Shown here: positions 14,101 to 27,900 of the stretch, piece by piece | Layout of the letters: each line of letters opens with the position of its first letter | How positions within the stretch are numbered: the stretch's first letter is position 1 | NCBI GenBank assembly: GCA_964016885.1 | Contig: OZ024743.1 | Coordinates: forward strand, 373,364,001-373,428,000 | DNA from: Eledone cirrhosa | Taxonomy: Eukaryota | DNA length: 64,000 nucleotides | Direction: 5' to 3' | Made by a program: the position numbers and the translations under genes | The notes under the pieces: model-generated | What the model was told of the DNA's origin: nothing | The model's input: the letters and a program-made list of their open reading frames with translations, nothing else | The model's database searches: none

Positions 14101-15946
14101 GGTGCTTCACTCTTACCATCTCTCCGTGCTCATCATAAGGTCAGTTTTGTGCATGGATTTGTAATCCCCATCTTAGAATTATGAGAATAGCTAGAGCGTT
14201 ACTCCTCATATGACAGGTTAACATCATGTAAGGCAACATAGGTAAAATGATTCCAATTATAGGATGTTTATACAAAACTAAAGTGTTACCAATCATATGA
14301 TGGATAGTTTGGGGGAGTATATTTTTGCCACTGTGACTAACATTAGTTAATGTTACATAAGTAAAATAATTATATTTTTATTATTTTTTTTACAAAGCAA
14401 TGAAATGGATATGAAATTATTAATTTAATATGTGAAAGCACATGGCTTAGTGGTTAGAGCTTCGGGCTTACAATCCTGAGGTTGTGAGTTCGATTCTCAG
14501 ACCGGGCTTTGTGATGTGTTCTTGAACAAGACATTTTATTTCACATTGTTCCAGTTTACTCAGCTGTAGAAATGAGTTGTGATGTCACTGGTGCCAAGTT
14601 GTATCGGTTATTGCTTTTCCCTTGGATAACATTGGTGGTGTGGAAAGGGGAGACTGGTATGCATTGGTGAATGCTGGTTTTCCACAAACAACCATGCCCG
14701 GACTTGTGCCTTGGAGGGGAAACTTTCTAGGTGCAAATCCCATGGTCATTTGTGATTGAAGGGGGTCTTTACCCAATTTAATATAAAGTTTGAATAATAA
14801 TTTTCGTTGATGCTATTGCAAGAATTATGTTATCAATTTGGGTGGTGTGTTGGCAAAATTGGTAGTGTCAGATAAAATACACATTGCAGTATTTGTACTG
14901 TCTCTTTACATTCGGAGTTCAAATCCTGTTATGGCCAACTTTGACTTCCATCCTTCCGTTTTTGATAAAATTAAGTACCAGTCAAATACTGGGGTTGATC
15001 TAGTCAACTTTATCCATGCCTCAAACTTGCTGGCCTTGTGCATGAATTAGAAATCAATATTTATGCTATCAATAATAATAATAATAATTGTTTCTTCTTT
15101 TGGCACAAGGCCCAGTACATTACTGGTACTTTATTTTATCGACCCTGTAAAGATGAAAGGCAAAGTTAACCTCGACGGGATTTGAACTCAAACCGTAAAG
15201 GGCGTAACTATGCTAGAAAGCATGGCATCTGACCCTCTACCGATACTGCCAATTCACCACCCTATAATAATAATAATAATAATGATTTCTTTATTGGCCA
15301 CAAGGGCTGACACCAAGAAAAACATTACAGACGGTACAGGATGGTATGTGGGTTTTGTGCATGTAAAGATTTTTATTATTTATATAAGAAAAGAAAAAAA
15401 GACATAGAAACATATATATATATATAAACAATAAAAATGAAAATTGAAACAATGAAAAATTCCCTAATAGGGGGGAAACCTCCGAGGGTTACTCGTGGCG
15501 AAAACCACACAAAAGACCATGGCCACCTTGACCACCAGGGCAAGCGCCCTCTCTCAATTTTTTCCCATTCCTCAAACTACAGGCGTATATTCAGAGCGGT
15601 CCCGTTCACTCGGACCATTCTTGCTACATTCACCCACCTTTCAACAAACTTGCTAGAGGGCAGCACTTGCCTCTCCACCCTCATTTTCCTCTTCAACTGA
15701 AACTTGAAAAGGTTAATCAGGGATTCGCTGAAGAGGAAAGTGATAATAATAATAATAATTGTTTCTACTTTTGGCACAAGGCCAGCAATTATCCAGTGCA
15801 TTACTGGTACTTTATTTTATTGACCCCGTAAGGATGAAAGGCAAAGTTAACCTCGGCGGGATTTGAACTCAGAATGGCAAGGGCCGTAACTCTATGCGTC
15901 AAAGCATGGCGTCCGACCCTCTACCGATACTGCCAATCCACCGCCC

Positions 15947-15979
<33 letters not shown>

Positions 15980-16579
15980 GTTTTTGATTTAGGCACAAAT
16001 AATAATACCCTGATAATGTTGGAAGATATGAGGAATTTTAAGTTAAATACTTGAATATTTATATAAATACCATCATCATTGTTTAATGTCTATCTTCCAC
16101 ACTAGCATGAAAAGTAAATAATTGTTTCTACTTTAGGCACAAGGCCAGCAATTACCCAGTGCATTACTGGTACTTTATTTTATCGACCCCGTAAGGATGA
16201 AAGGCAAAGTCAACCACGGCGGGATTTAAACTGTAAATAATGTTATAATTCAGCCATTCAAATGCTATATGTATTTTACTTTTCATAAATTCATGCACAC
16301 ACACACACCAGATGCACCACAAACACACCTGTATATGATCACGTATATTCTATTTCAGACAAGCCCTATTACAGTGACTGGAATGACTGGCAAAAAAGCC
16401 CGATTCACAATTGATTTACCAGCTCACACATTGAGCTTCAAATCAAGGGTAAGTTAAATACGGAGCTCTTCAGTATGCTTTGAATATTATCTCTAATAAT
16501 GTTGAATCAGAAATACACACTTTGAATCACACATCTATTGATGACTAATCTCTCTTGCTCTGTCTGTCTGTCTCTCTCT

Positions 16580-16616
<37 letters not shown>

Positions 16617-16741
16617 TGGTTGATACACTAAATATCTTTTACATGTAATTGAAACTTCCTTGTTTTTTCTAATATATACACTCTGCCTGTGCATAGAGTG
16701 CTTGCTTTGGTACCACTACCAGTAATTCACTGAATCACCTA

Positions 16742-16776
<35 letters not shown>

Positions 16777-19700
16777 CATCATCATTCTTATGTTTACTCT
16801 TCCATATATATATATATCATCATCATCATCATCATCACCGTTTTACGTCCGTTCTTCCACGCTAGCATGGGTTAGACGGGTTGTCCTGTTGTGGGCAGTG
16901 TCTGGTCGGCTGACCATGCCTTGCTCATACAGGAACTGATCTGGCTTGATTTCTACAGCTGGATGCCCTTCCTAACACCAACCTCATTTACAGTGAGTGC
17001 TGGGTGCTTTTTCGTGGCGCCTACACGTCCACTTTACAGTGTGGGCTGGGTGCTTTTTTGCCGTGGCACCTCCACGACCACCTTGCGGTGGGGGGGGGGG
17101 GGGCATATTGTTTATATGCTTCAGCATATAAATATATATACTTATGCTTTGTATAAGTATATATATATACTTATTACTTTGCATAAGTATATATATATAC
17201 TTATGCTTTGTAGCTATGTTATATATTATTATTTGAAACTAATGAGTAGAATTCTTTATTTGTTGTTTTAGGTCAGCTCATTTGAAACCTCCATCCCTTC
17301 ATCTGCCAGCATTGATCTGCCTCCAATCCATGTGTATGCAGATTACAGGCACCACAAAGCCACTTCAAGCAATTCTGATAACCTCACCGATGGATTAGTA
17401 CTTAAAGAAGGGGGATATTTGAATGCTGTCGCTGAAGTGGGCATGCTGGAGCACAGCCTCACAACAGATCTACTCAACCATGTAGTATTTGTACAGAAGG
17501 TTTTCATGAAGGTATATGTCTCACTCACATCTCAATCACACACCCCACTGACAATCTACACTGACACACCCTGCTTATATGCTTTAACCCTTTAGCATTT
17601 AAACTCGCCATATCCAGCCCAGATTTCTCTTACCTATTTCTATTCAAACTGGTCATAACTGGCAGCTCATACTGATGTTAATGTATTGTTCTAAAAAATA
17701 ATATAAAAATCTCATAGATTCAATATTGCCTGAGATAATTATGTAAGATAAAGCCTTTTATGTGAAAATACAATCTATATATATAAAACTGTGGTTGTCT
17801 GTCTGTCTATCGATTTTTGGCACACATCTCCTCTTAGAATCTCTCACGGAATTGCACCGAAATTGCTAGACTTGTACATTGAGCCCTAGCGAAGACATCG
17901 GAAAAAAAAAAATTTCAAATTCACCCACCCTATGTGACGAAATCGAATATAATGTATCGATTTTTGAGCGTAAGTGATCAGTTATTTCCCTTTGTTCTGT
18001 TTACATTGAGCGTCTTACGTAAAAAATTACGCTGGCTTTAACAGTTGTCGAGCCAGCAAAATATTGACCTGCAAAATTCATCAGTTCGAACACTAAGCTT
18101 CCGTTTTGCTTCATTTCCATTTAAAAGCATTTTAAAACAATATTTTTACTTGAAAACAAGCCTATTTAAAGACTACGTAAAACAAGCAAATATTTTGTCG
18201 TTAGGCGTGCAGACAGACAGTCGTGCAGACAGACAGTCGTGCAGAGAGGTGATATATGCGTGCAGACAGACAGTCGTGCAGAGAGGTGATATAGGCGTGC
18301 AGACAGACAGTCGTGCAGAGAGGTGATATAGGCGTGCAGACAGACAGTCGTGCAGAGAGGTGATATAGGCGTGCAGACAGACATAACTGATAATTTGGTT
18401 ACTCTAATGTTTTTCTCTGCGTTGCAGTGTTTACATTTTCGATCTTTGTTAATAAATAACCAGTGCAGTTTCTATCCCCAGCATCCGCTTTTGTTATAAC
18501 ATTCGGGTTATCGTTATGTTTTCTTAACTTCATAAGGCATATTGTTGGTTGAGGGAATATTAATCAAAAACACCACATGCAAGTCTGCACAGTAGACACT
18601 ACAGATTTTAAGCCAAGAAAGAAACTTAACATTGTAACTTTAACACAGCTACTGAGCGACCCCGAGCAACGCCGGGCTTTACTGCTAGTAATATATAAAG
18701 TAATGTAAATACTAAAGGGTTAAAGAGGGAAAATAGTAAACATGGTGGCCATGCTTCCTAGTATGTGCCTCTGACTACTTTTTTCCATCTTTAAGGGAGG
18801 GTAATTTGCCCAATTTTCTCAACTATTATCTATAGTGACCAACTCTTATTACAATTAGTTTTTGCATTTGGGACTCTCACATTGTCAAATTTTCAAATAT
18901 TAAACACTCCCAGACACTTTGATAATTCAGAAGGTTTCATATTTCTTTCTTTTTTTATTTACTTCCCCTCAAACAGGAAGTGAATGAGCTTGTACAAAAA
19001 GTCTCAGGATCCGATCAGCCAATCAGAATCTGGACAACCAATGAAGGAACAACTGTGAGCAAAATCAGAGAACCTCTGCTATATTCTCTTCTTTTTAGAC
19101 TTAAGGTAAGTTGATGGAATACTTATTTTTATGTGAAAGTAAGACAGTGGAAGGTAGCTTCTTGCTATGCAGTGCACATATTATGCACGGTAAAGAAACT
19201 TGGCCACATGTTAGACCACATGATATGTAGTGGGAAGAGGTTTCATATGTTTGGTCACATTTTATGCAGTGGAAGATAGCTTGGCCACATGTTATGTAGT
19301 GGAAGATAGCTTGGCCACATGTTATGCAATGGAAGATAGCTTGGCCACATGTTATGCAGTGGAAGATAGTTTGGCCACATGTTATGCAGTGGAAGATAGC
19401 TTGGCCACATGTTATGCAGTGGAAGATAGCTTGGCCACATGTTATGCAGTGGAAGATAGCTTGGCCACATGTTATGCAGTGGAAGATAGCTTGGCCACAT
19501 GTTATGCAGTGGAAGATAGCTTGGCCACATATTATGCAGTGGAAGATAGCTTGGCTACATGTTATGCAGTGGAAGATAGCTTGGCCACATGTTATGCAGT
19601 GGAAGATAGCTTGGTCACATGTTATGCAGTGGAACATAGCTTGGTCACATGTTATGCAGTGGAAGCTAGCTTGGCCACATGTTATGCAGTGGAAGATAGC

Positions 19701-22700
19701 TTGGCCACATGTTATGCAGTGGAAGATAGCTTGGCCACATGTTATGCAGTGGAAGATAGTTTGGCCACATGTTATGCAGTGGAAGATAGCTTGGCCACAT
19801 GTTATGCAGTGGAAGATGAACCAGAAATGAATGCTGTAAAGAGAAATGGAATGAGATGGTTGGGTCATTTATTGAGGAAGGATGAAAATGGCAGGGTGAG
19901 AGGAGTGATAGGAATAGAGCCAAGGATGAATATTGTAAAGAGAAATGGAGTGAGATGTCTGAAACATATGTTGAAGAATGAATTTGACTTTAACAAGGAA
20001 AATGGCCTTAAAACTCTTTCTATTGTTTTGTTGTCTGACATTGCCATTGTTTATTTTTGGCAGGGTATTCAAATTACGGCCACAACACCAACATCAAATG
20101 CTGTTCGATTAGAAACTGGTTCTATTGATCTAGAAGTATCAAACCGTGTTCAGCTAGCTTCACGAGAATCTAAATCAGAATATTGTAAGTATCATAATTA
20201 TCATACATACACACACACACCCACATACACATGTGCACATATCCCCACACCCATGTGCACATATACACATGTGCACACACACATACAAATACACACATGC
20301 ACACACATTATATCCTTAAATTTTCTAATCACATGTCTATAATACTGGAGCTGTGATCTATGGATGCTGATAAGTAATGGCGGCTTTTAATTATAATTCA
20401 AAATTATTTGAAATCACGGGGGGGGGGGGGGTATTTTTCATGAGAAATATAATAATGGTTTCTGATTTAGGCACAAAGCCAGCAATTTTGGGGGGAGGGA
20501 AAAGTCGATCAATGCCATAAAGATGGAAGGCAAAGCTAAATTGGACACGATTTTAAATCAGAACATAAAGGGCCGTAATTCTATGCCGTGAAGCATGGTG
20601 TCAGGCACTCTACTGACGCTGCCAATCCTCCGCCCTTGAGAAATATAATAATGAGAGGCTTAAGAAGAGAAACTGGAAGTATCTGTTGTACTTGAACTGT
20701 TTTCATTTTATCAACAGTATATGAAGATAACCAGAAAGTCTTCATCCGAGCTCACATTGATCTTAATCTAACTTTGGGGCAACTCTTGAAGGTAGGTTAA
20801 TATTCCTTCTTTTTATCTGTCATTATTAATTCTTCTTTTCTCTATCTCTTACTTTATCCCTATCTCTTTGGCATGTTCTCTAATGCTTGTTCTCTCTTGC
20901 TGAATCTCTCTCTCTCTTCTCTTTCTCTCTTGCTCATTCTCTCTTTCTCTCTTGCTCATTCTCTCTTTCTCTTCTGTTTCTCTCGCTCATTTTCTCTTTC
21001 TCTCACTTGTTTTCTCTCTCTCTCACTTGTTTTCTCTCTCTCACTTGTTTTCTCTCTCTCACTTGTTTTCTCTCTCTCTCACTTGTTTTCTCTCTCTCTT
21101 GTTTTCTCTCTCTCTCGTTTTCTCTCTCTCTCGTTCTTTCTTTCTTTTGCTTGTTTTCTCTCTCTCTCACTTGTTTTCTCTCTCTCTTGTTTTCTCTCTC
21201 TCTCACTTGTTTTCTCTCTCTCTTGTTTTCTCTCTCTCTCACTTGTTTTCTCTCTCTCTTGTTCTTTCTTTCTCTTGCTTGTTCTTTCTTTCTCTTGCTT
21301 GTTCTTTCTCTCTCTTGCTTGTTCTTTCTCTCTCTTGCTTGTTCTTTCTCTCTCTTGCTTGTTCTTTCTCTCTCTTGCTTGTTCTTTCTCTCGCTTGCTT
21401 GTTCTTTCTCTCGCTTATTCTCTCTTACTCTCTCTTACTCATTCTCTTATTCATTCTCTCTCTCCCTCTCCTGCTTTATTTATTTCTCTTTCTTTCTCTC
21501 TCACCTTTTAATATTTCATGTTTCTTTTTCTTTTAAGTGTTTATATTTTCTGTTCATCCATACATCCAAACAAACAAGATCAGCAACCAGTGTTTTAGGG
21601 TCATTTTCCTTGCTAAAGCAGAGTGTTAACCTTGTGGGTTTCATAACCGGCTTCTTACACATTAGGGGTCTTTATGAAATAATGTGTTATGATTGGGTGT
21701 CTTTCTCGACACTGTGTCACATCTTTCAACACTCAGGGATATATGGTGTACCTATTCTAAACCATATATATATCTACACATACATCTACAAGCATGATGA
21801 TTATATGTAAATAACGATAAGATGATGTTATGATAGGATTAGGATGGTGGTGACAGGATGACAGTGATGACAAGATGATGGTGTCGATAGGATGACAGTG
21901 ATGATAGGACGATGGTGACGATAGGATGACGGTGACGATAGGACGACGGTGACGATAGGACGACGGTGACGACAGGACGACGGTGACGACAGGACGACGG
22001 TGACGACAGGACGACGGTGACGACAGGACGACGGTGACGACAGGACGACGGTGACGACAGGACGACGGTGACGACAGGACGACGGTGATGACAGGACGAC
22101 GGTGACGACAGGACGACGGTGACGACAGGACGACGATGACGACGGTGATGACAGGACGATAGGATGACGGGGACGACTGTGACGACAGGACGACGGTGAC
22201 GACAGGACGACGGTGACGACAGGACGACGGTGACGACAGGACGACGGTGACGATAGGATGACGGTGACGACAGGACGACGGTGACGACAGGACGACGGTG
22301 ACAGGATGATGGAGATATGATGAGGATGGTGAGAGGATGATAATGGAGATAGGATGCTGGTGATGATAGGATGATGTTATGTTCATGATGAGTGATAAAA
22401 TGATAGTGATACAATGATGATGGTGATATTATAATGATACAATAATGATATAATAATGATATGGTGATGCAATAATGATGGGGATATGATGATTTCATGA
22501 GATGTTCTGATGTTAATATATTTGCTGTTTTTTGCTTTGTTTTCATGTCACCTTCCCTAGAACCCATTATTTGAAGAAGCTGAACCTGAATTCCAAACAA
22601 TGGCTTATTTTAAAACTAAAATTGGAATACGAAATGCTATTCAGGTAAGTAGTTTCTTGATAATTCTGGTAATATGTGTGTGTGTACATGTGTGCATGCA

Positions 22701-24918
22701 TGTGTATATATATATATGTGTGTGTGTATGTGTATGTGTGTATATATGTGTGTGTGTATATAAATATATATAGAACACCATGTCTGTGTGTCTGTCATGT
22801 AGAGAATAAATATATTTGAATTAAATGAAAAAGAAAATTGACAAATCAGATATGTTTTGATGCTAATGTTCTAACTATTGAATTAGTAAAGTGGTCATGT
22901 AGGTGTCACGACAAAAAGCACCCAGCCCACATTGTAAAGTGGTCATGTAGGTGTCACGACAAAAAGCACCCAGCCCACATTGTAAAGTGGTCATGTAGGT
23001 GTCACGACAAAAAGCACCCAGCCCACATTGTAAAGTGGTCATGTAGGTGTCATGACAAAAAGCAACCAGCGCACACTGTAAAGTGGTCATGTAGGTGTTA
23101 CGACAAAAAGCACCTAGTACTCACTGTAAATGTGGTTGGTGTTAGGAAGGGCATCCAGTCATAGAAACCAAGCCAGAAACAGTCCTGTATGAGCAAAGCA
23201 TGGTCACCTGACCCGACTTGCCTCAAATGGGACAACCTGTCTAACTCGTGTTAGCATGGAAAATGGGCGTTAAACAATGATGATGATGATGAAATACTGC
23301 AAGTCATTTAATCTGACACACTTGAGTGTTTCAGCTACTTTTAACTTTTTACTCCTTTATTTGTTATATATTAAATGGATCATATTTGACATTTTTTAAT
23401 TTGTTGTTTTGTTTTTTAATTTCTTTCAGGATGAAATGATACCTGGTCAAGAAGATGACCAAGAAGCATTACTAATCACACTGACTCGGCCGATTATTCT
23501 AGCACAGCCCCAGGACTTTGATAAAGGTCAGTCTTTTTAAAAAAAATACCTCTCAAGTGCTTTATTCTTCTGATTTATGTTGAACTATGGCTGTCACTCA
23601 GAATCGAGTATGAATTAGTAGTATGTATTATGTTTTTGCTAAGAGTTTATAGGAGTCCACGCAGTCACGAGTAAACATAGACACCATCCCTACTTCCCCT
23701 CCTACCTTGATCAAAGATGTGACAGTTCAAAGGAGAGATGGATGCACCAGTATTGGGCTGGTACTTTATTGACCCTTAAAGGATAAAAGGCAAATTGGAC
23801 ATTGGTGGGTGAGATTTGAGCTCAGAGGTCAGGGAACGAGAACATATGTCTGTGCTCTAAAAATACTGACAAATTAGTTGTTAGTAATTAGTCAGTGATT
23901 GATGTTCCAAATGATGCAAAAGTGAATCAGTACTTTAAATGTTGTTTAGATCAACTTGCTTCTGTTTTATCATTCTATTCTTAGTCATGCCATCATTTCT
24001 ATTTTCATCCTTAGTGTCTTATCTCAATTCATGGCACCTTGGTCATGACTCACGTATGACCTGAACATAGCCTCAGTCCAACTAACGCCTTGGCAGTGAA
24101 TTTGGTAGAGCAGGACTGTATGAAGCCTGGCATATATATATAAATATATATAATCATTCTTATGTCCACTTTTCCATGCTGGCATGGTTGGGCAGGATTG
24201 TTTGAGACAATACTTTACAGCCAGCTGCTCTTCCTGATGCCATCCCTTTTAGTTACCTCTAACAACATGGAGGGATACAGTGTATCTATTCTAAAAACCA
24301 TTTCATTACCATATTTCTAATGAAAGAAACTACCTATGTCATTAACCCTTTCTTTATCATATTTCTCATGAAAGACACTGTCTATGTCATTAACCCTTTG
24401 CTAACCATATTTCTAATGAAAAACTCTACTTATATTATTAACCCTTTCCTTACCATATTTCTAAGAAGGAAAGACACTGTCTATGTCATTAACCCTTTTG
24501 TTACCATTTTCTATTGAAAAACACTGTCATTAACCCTGTCTGAAAATAATCACAAATTTGGAAAGATTTAGTAAAATAATTTTTTCTCTATTAAGCAATA
24601 GTTAACAATGGTTATTGAGCAATAGTTAACAAAGGTTCTTACATAAAATTATTATGAAATGTTTTTGTATAAACACTTTAAAATAAACAAACTACTATTG
24701 TAGGAACAGGATTAGCTTCAGATATTTTGGTATCAAAAGGATTAAATTAATGTGTTTATTGTATAAATACAATTAGCTATTTTACTCATTTATTTCTAAA
24801 CCTATTTCTTTGCAGCTGTACTAGTTTGGTTGAATTACAGAAATGCATATGAATACTGGACCGAACAGAGAATGGCTCTAAACCGAGAGGTATATATATT
24901 TATAACTGTCTATCTGTC

Positions 24919-24953
<35 letters not shown>

Positions 24954-27900
24954 GCGTCTGTCTATGTATGTCTGTCTATGTGTGTCTGCCTGTCTGTCTG
25001 TCTGTCTGTCTGAGGATAGTAGATGTCTTTCATATCGGCTTTGCGATTTGGAATTTTTACCTGGAATATTTGTGAGTGAATTATTTGAATTGTTTTTTAT
25101 TATTGACTCTAACCCCTAGTCTGGGACTGTAGACGTAGGGTAAATATATTTTCACCCCTTTTGGGGTGAAAAATATTTAATTCAGAAATGTTTATCGATA
25201 TCGTTGATAACGATATCGTCGAAAACGATATCGCCATATTGGAAGCTAACGCCACGCCTACCAAAAGAATAAGCGGGAAAGAGGGAACAACAGTTCAAAC
25301 TGTTGAACAGCCCCTCCTCTCCAATGAAAAAAAAAAGAATATTAATTCAAATGAAAAACTTAATTTTGAAGAGAAAAATAACACCACAAATAATGAAACC
25401 AACAACATTACAACAACAAACAAAGACAACAAAATTTCTTTTGCCCAAACGGTCAGGAAAGCTATCGAGTACAAGCCAATAGATATCACGAACGCTAAGC
25501 AAAATTTGCTAGATGCTAGAAAATACGTATCTTTTGGGGAGGATGGTTCTTTTACGATCAACTCCCCAGAAGAAGTGCGTCAACAGCTATATAGGAATAC
25601 CGTAACCTACAGGACTATAACCAACGCAACAAGAAAGCCAGCTCAATTGACAGAAAGTCAAATTGAGCTGGTTCTGAAAGACATTAAAAAGGACATACTC
25701 TTTATTCAAAGAGGAAAGCTGTATGCCAGCATTATGGTCTGAATAAAGGACGAAATGCTGGCTCAAAAATATTCGGTGGCACCTATAGTGTCACCACAAT
25801 ACACCTTCTTCCCCACATATAAAGGAAGAAGAACACAAAGAATAAGAATGTGGAGCCCAACGCCAGAAATTAACATCTGGTCCGTCCTAACAGGATTTAC
25901 GGACCTAGAAAAGGACATACTTATTTCAGCAGGGGAGTCCACCAGTGGACTGTTCGGGGGGAAAAGTCTGGAGGTTCTCTTACTGATGACACCTGAGAGA
26001 ATCTCCGGAATACCCGACCGAGTCCTACTGGATGGGCGAACCTTCATAAATATCACAGTGGAAGGCAGGAGACCCTCATGTTACCACTGCGCTGGCAGAG
26101 GTCACCTGAGGACGGCCTGCCCTCTACTAACAACAAAAAAACCACTGCTACAAACACCACAACAACAACAAAAACAACCAGCACCACCATCACAAAAACA
26201 ACAAAATACACTACCATCACCACCACAACGACAACAAAAACCAACACCACCACCACCACCACAACAACATCAACAACAGCTCAAGAAAACAACCCAAAAC
26301 ACGGTCCCACCCAGCCCCACCCCACAGAACACAAATACAAAAACACACGCGGTTCATACACAACCCGGAGATATACCCCTCCCCTCCAATACGGAAGAGG
26401 AGCTCATATCGTCGGAAGACGAGGGGGCTCCCTTCCAAAAAGTGAAAAGAAAAAAACGTACACACACCACACAAACAAAAATAACCCCACCTGACAACAC
26501 AACACAGACAATAAAACGCAAACTCACTCAAGAACAACAAGGAAAAACAAACACAACAACACAAAAACTCTACATAAACAAAAACAATAAAAACCTAACT
26601 GAAAAAATAGAAAACAACCCTTCGATACAAACCGAAGGGCCGAATTTTGTAACGGCAATGGGACTCCCTAACCTGAAAATGGTGAAAATCCCACTTGACA
26701 TTTTAAAAACTTTGAAAGACATTTACTCTGAGGACGTGGGCCCACCCTGCACCAGGCCACTCAACCGCGTCCTCCTGAAAGGTTTTCCCCTCCCCTCCTC
26801 AAACACCCACACAACTCCAAAGATCCCAACCCCTCCACACACTAATACCCCCACACCACCACAAACCACCACCCCACCCATCAACCCCTCCACCAGCCCC
26901 ATGGAAACTGAGTGGCCCGAACCCCGGGACGCAGAGAGGTAAGTGCCTCTTTCTTTGCCACCAACATGGCTGTCTTAAGAGTAGGTTGTCTAAATGCGCG
27001 TGGCCTGGGCTCACCTTGGAAGCAAGCTAAACTTCTAAGTGACCTCAGGTCACAATGTATAAATGTGATGGTTATTTGCGAGGCCCGGATCAGCAGCATG
27101 CGACAGCTAGCCCCCACCTTTGATGACGCACGCATCTCTCTGTCAGCCCGGAGGTGGGGGTGGGGTGGTCGTTCTGCTGCAAAAACATCTGGGTCTCGCT
27201 ACACAGACGGTACACTTGGACCCGGAGGGTCGACTCGTGGTTCTGGACCTTGGCAATGGTGAAGGCGAAGCTTTTAGGCTTGTCGCCGTATACGCCCCTT
27301 TTGGGGCAATGCGGTCGGACTTCTTCCATCGTCTGGAGACTTTTCTAGGGACGTCCCGCTCCTTGCTTTTAGTGGGGGACTGGAATGGTATCCTAGATGC
27401 ACGTTGGGACTATGTAGGGGCATGTCCCGATAGAGGGGGGTGTAACAGCCTTAAGGGGTTAATCGGCCGATTTGACCTGGCCGATAGATACCGACTAGAT
27501 TTTCCGACTGTGCCAATCTGGACTTGGTCAAATAACAGTGGTCAATCTAGATCGTACCTAGATAGGTTCTTAGTTAGGATTAAGGATAGGGACTTTTTAA
27601 GTTGTCCAGAAATGCTCATGGTGGGCTATTCAGACCACAAGTTAGTGACCTGCGTAGTCCACCTTGATAGAACGCATAGGCAGGGGCCCGGTTACTGGAA
27701 GCTCAACTTGTCCTTACCGGCAAGTAGAGCTTACAGGGACCGGATTAGAACTTTAGTTAAGGAGCGGTTGATGGGCGCCATCGTCAACAACAGGTGGTGG
27801 GGCTCTCTAAAAAGAGAGATTAGAGTAGTTTCAATAGGAGTTAGTCAGGAGTTAGCCTCAGATAGAAATAGGGAGGAAAGGGAGTTGGTAGTTAATGTTG

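Larger units (their letters stand above)
17588..18719 (+). mobile_element. piggyBac-like MITE interrupted by a Helitron
   Basis: TTAA|CCCTTTAGCATTTA...TAAATACTAAAGGG|TTAA; the halves rejoin to match the intact copy at 32072-32289. Confidence 0.85.

Noticed and set aside
14435-14510. tRNA gene (also the heads at 33133, 33643 and others)
   Set aside because: A/B boxes continue into SINE bodies; no complete cloverleaf, and copies are multiple and decayed.
19101-20342. Cys/His-rich repeat proteins (ORFs 19230..20342, 19101..19868, 19324..19830)
   Set aside because: Translations of a 30-bp minisatellite; only 20064-20184 is a real exon.
20873-22600. Leu/Ser/Phe-rich and SSPSSCRHRRP ORFs
   Set aside because: Artefacts of CT-rich and 17-bp tandem repeats.
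25740-25742. Programmed readthrough or selenocysteine in Tx1 ORF1
   Set aside because: The element has several other disabling lesions, so a simple nonsense mutation is more parsimonious.
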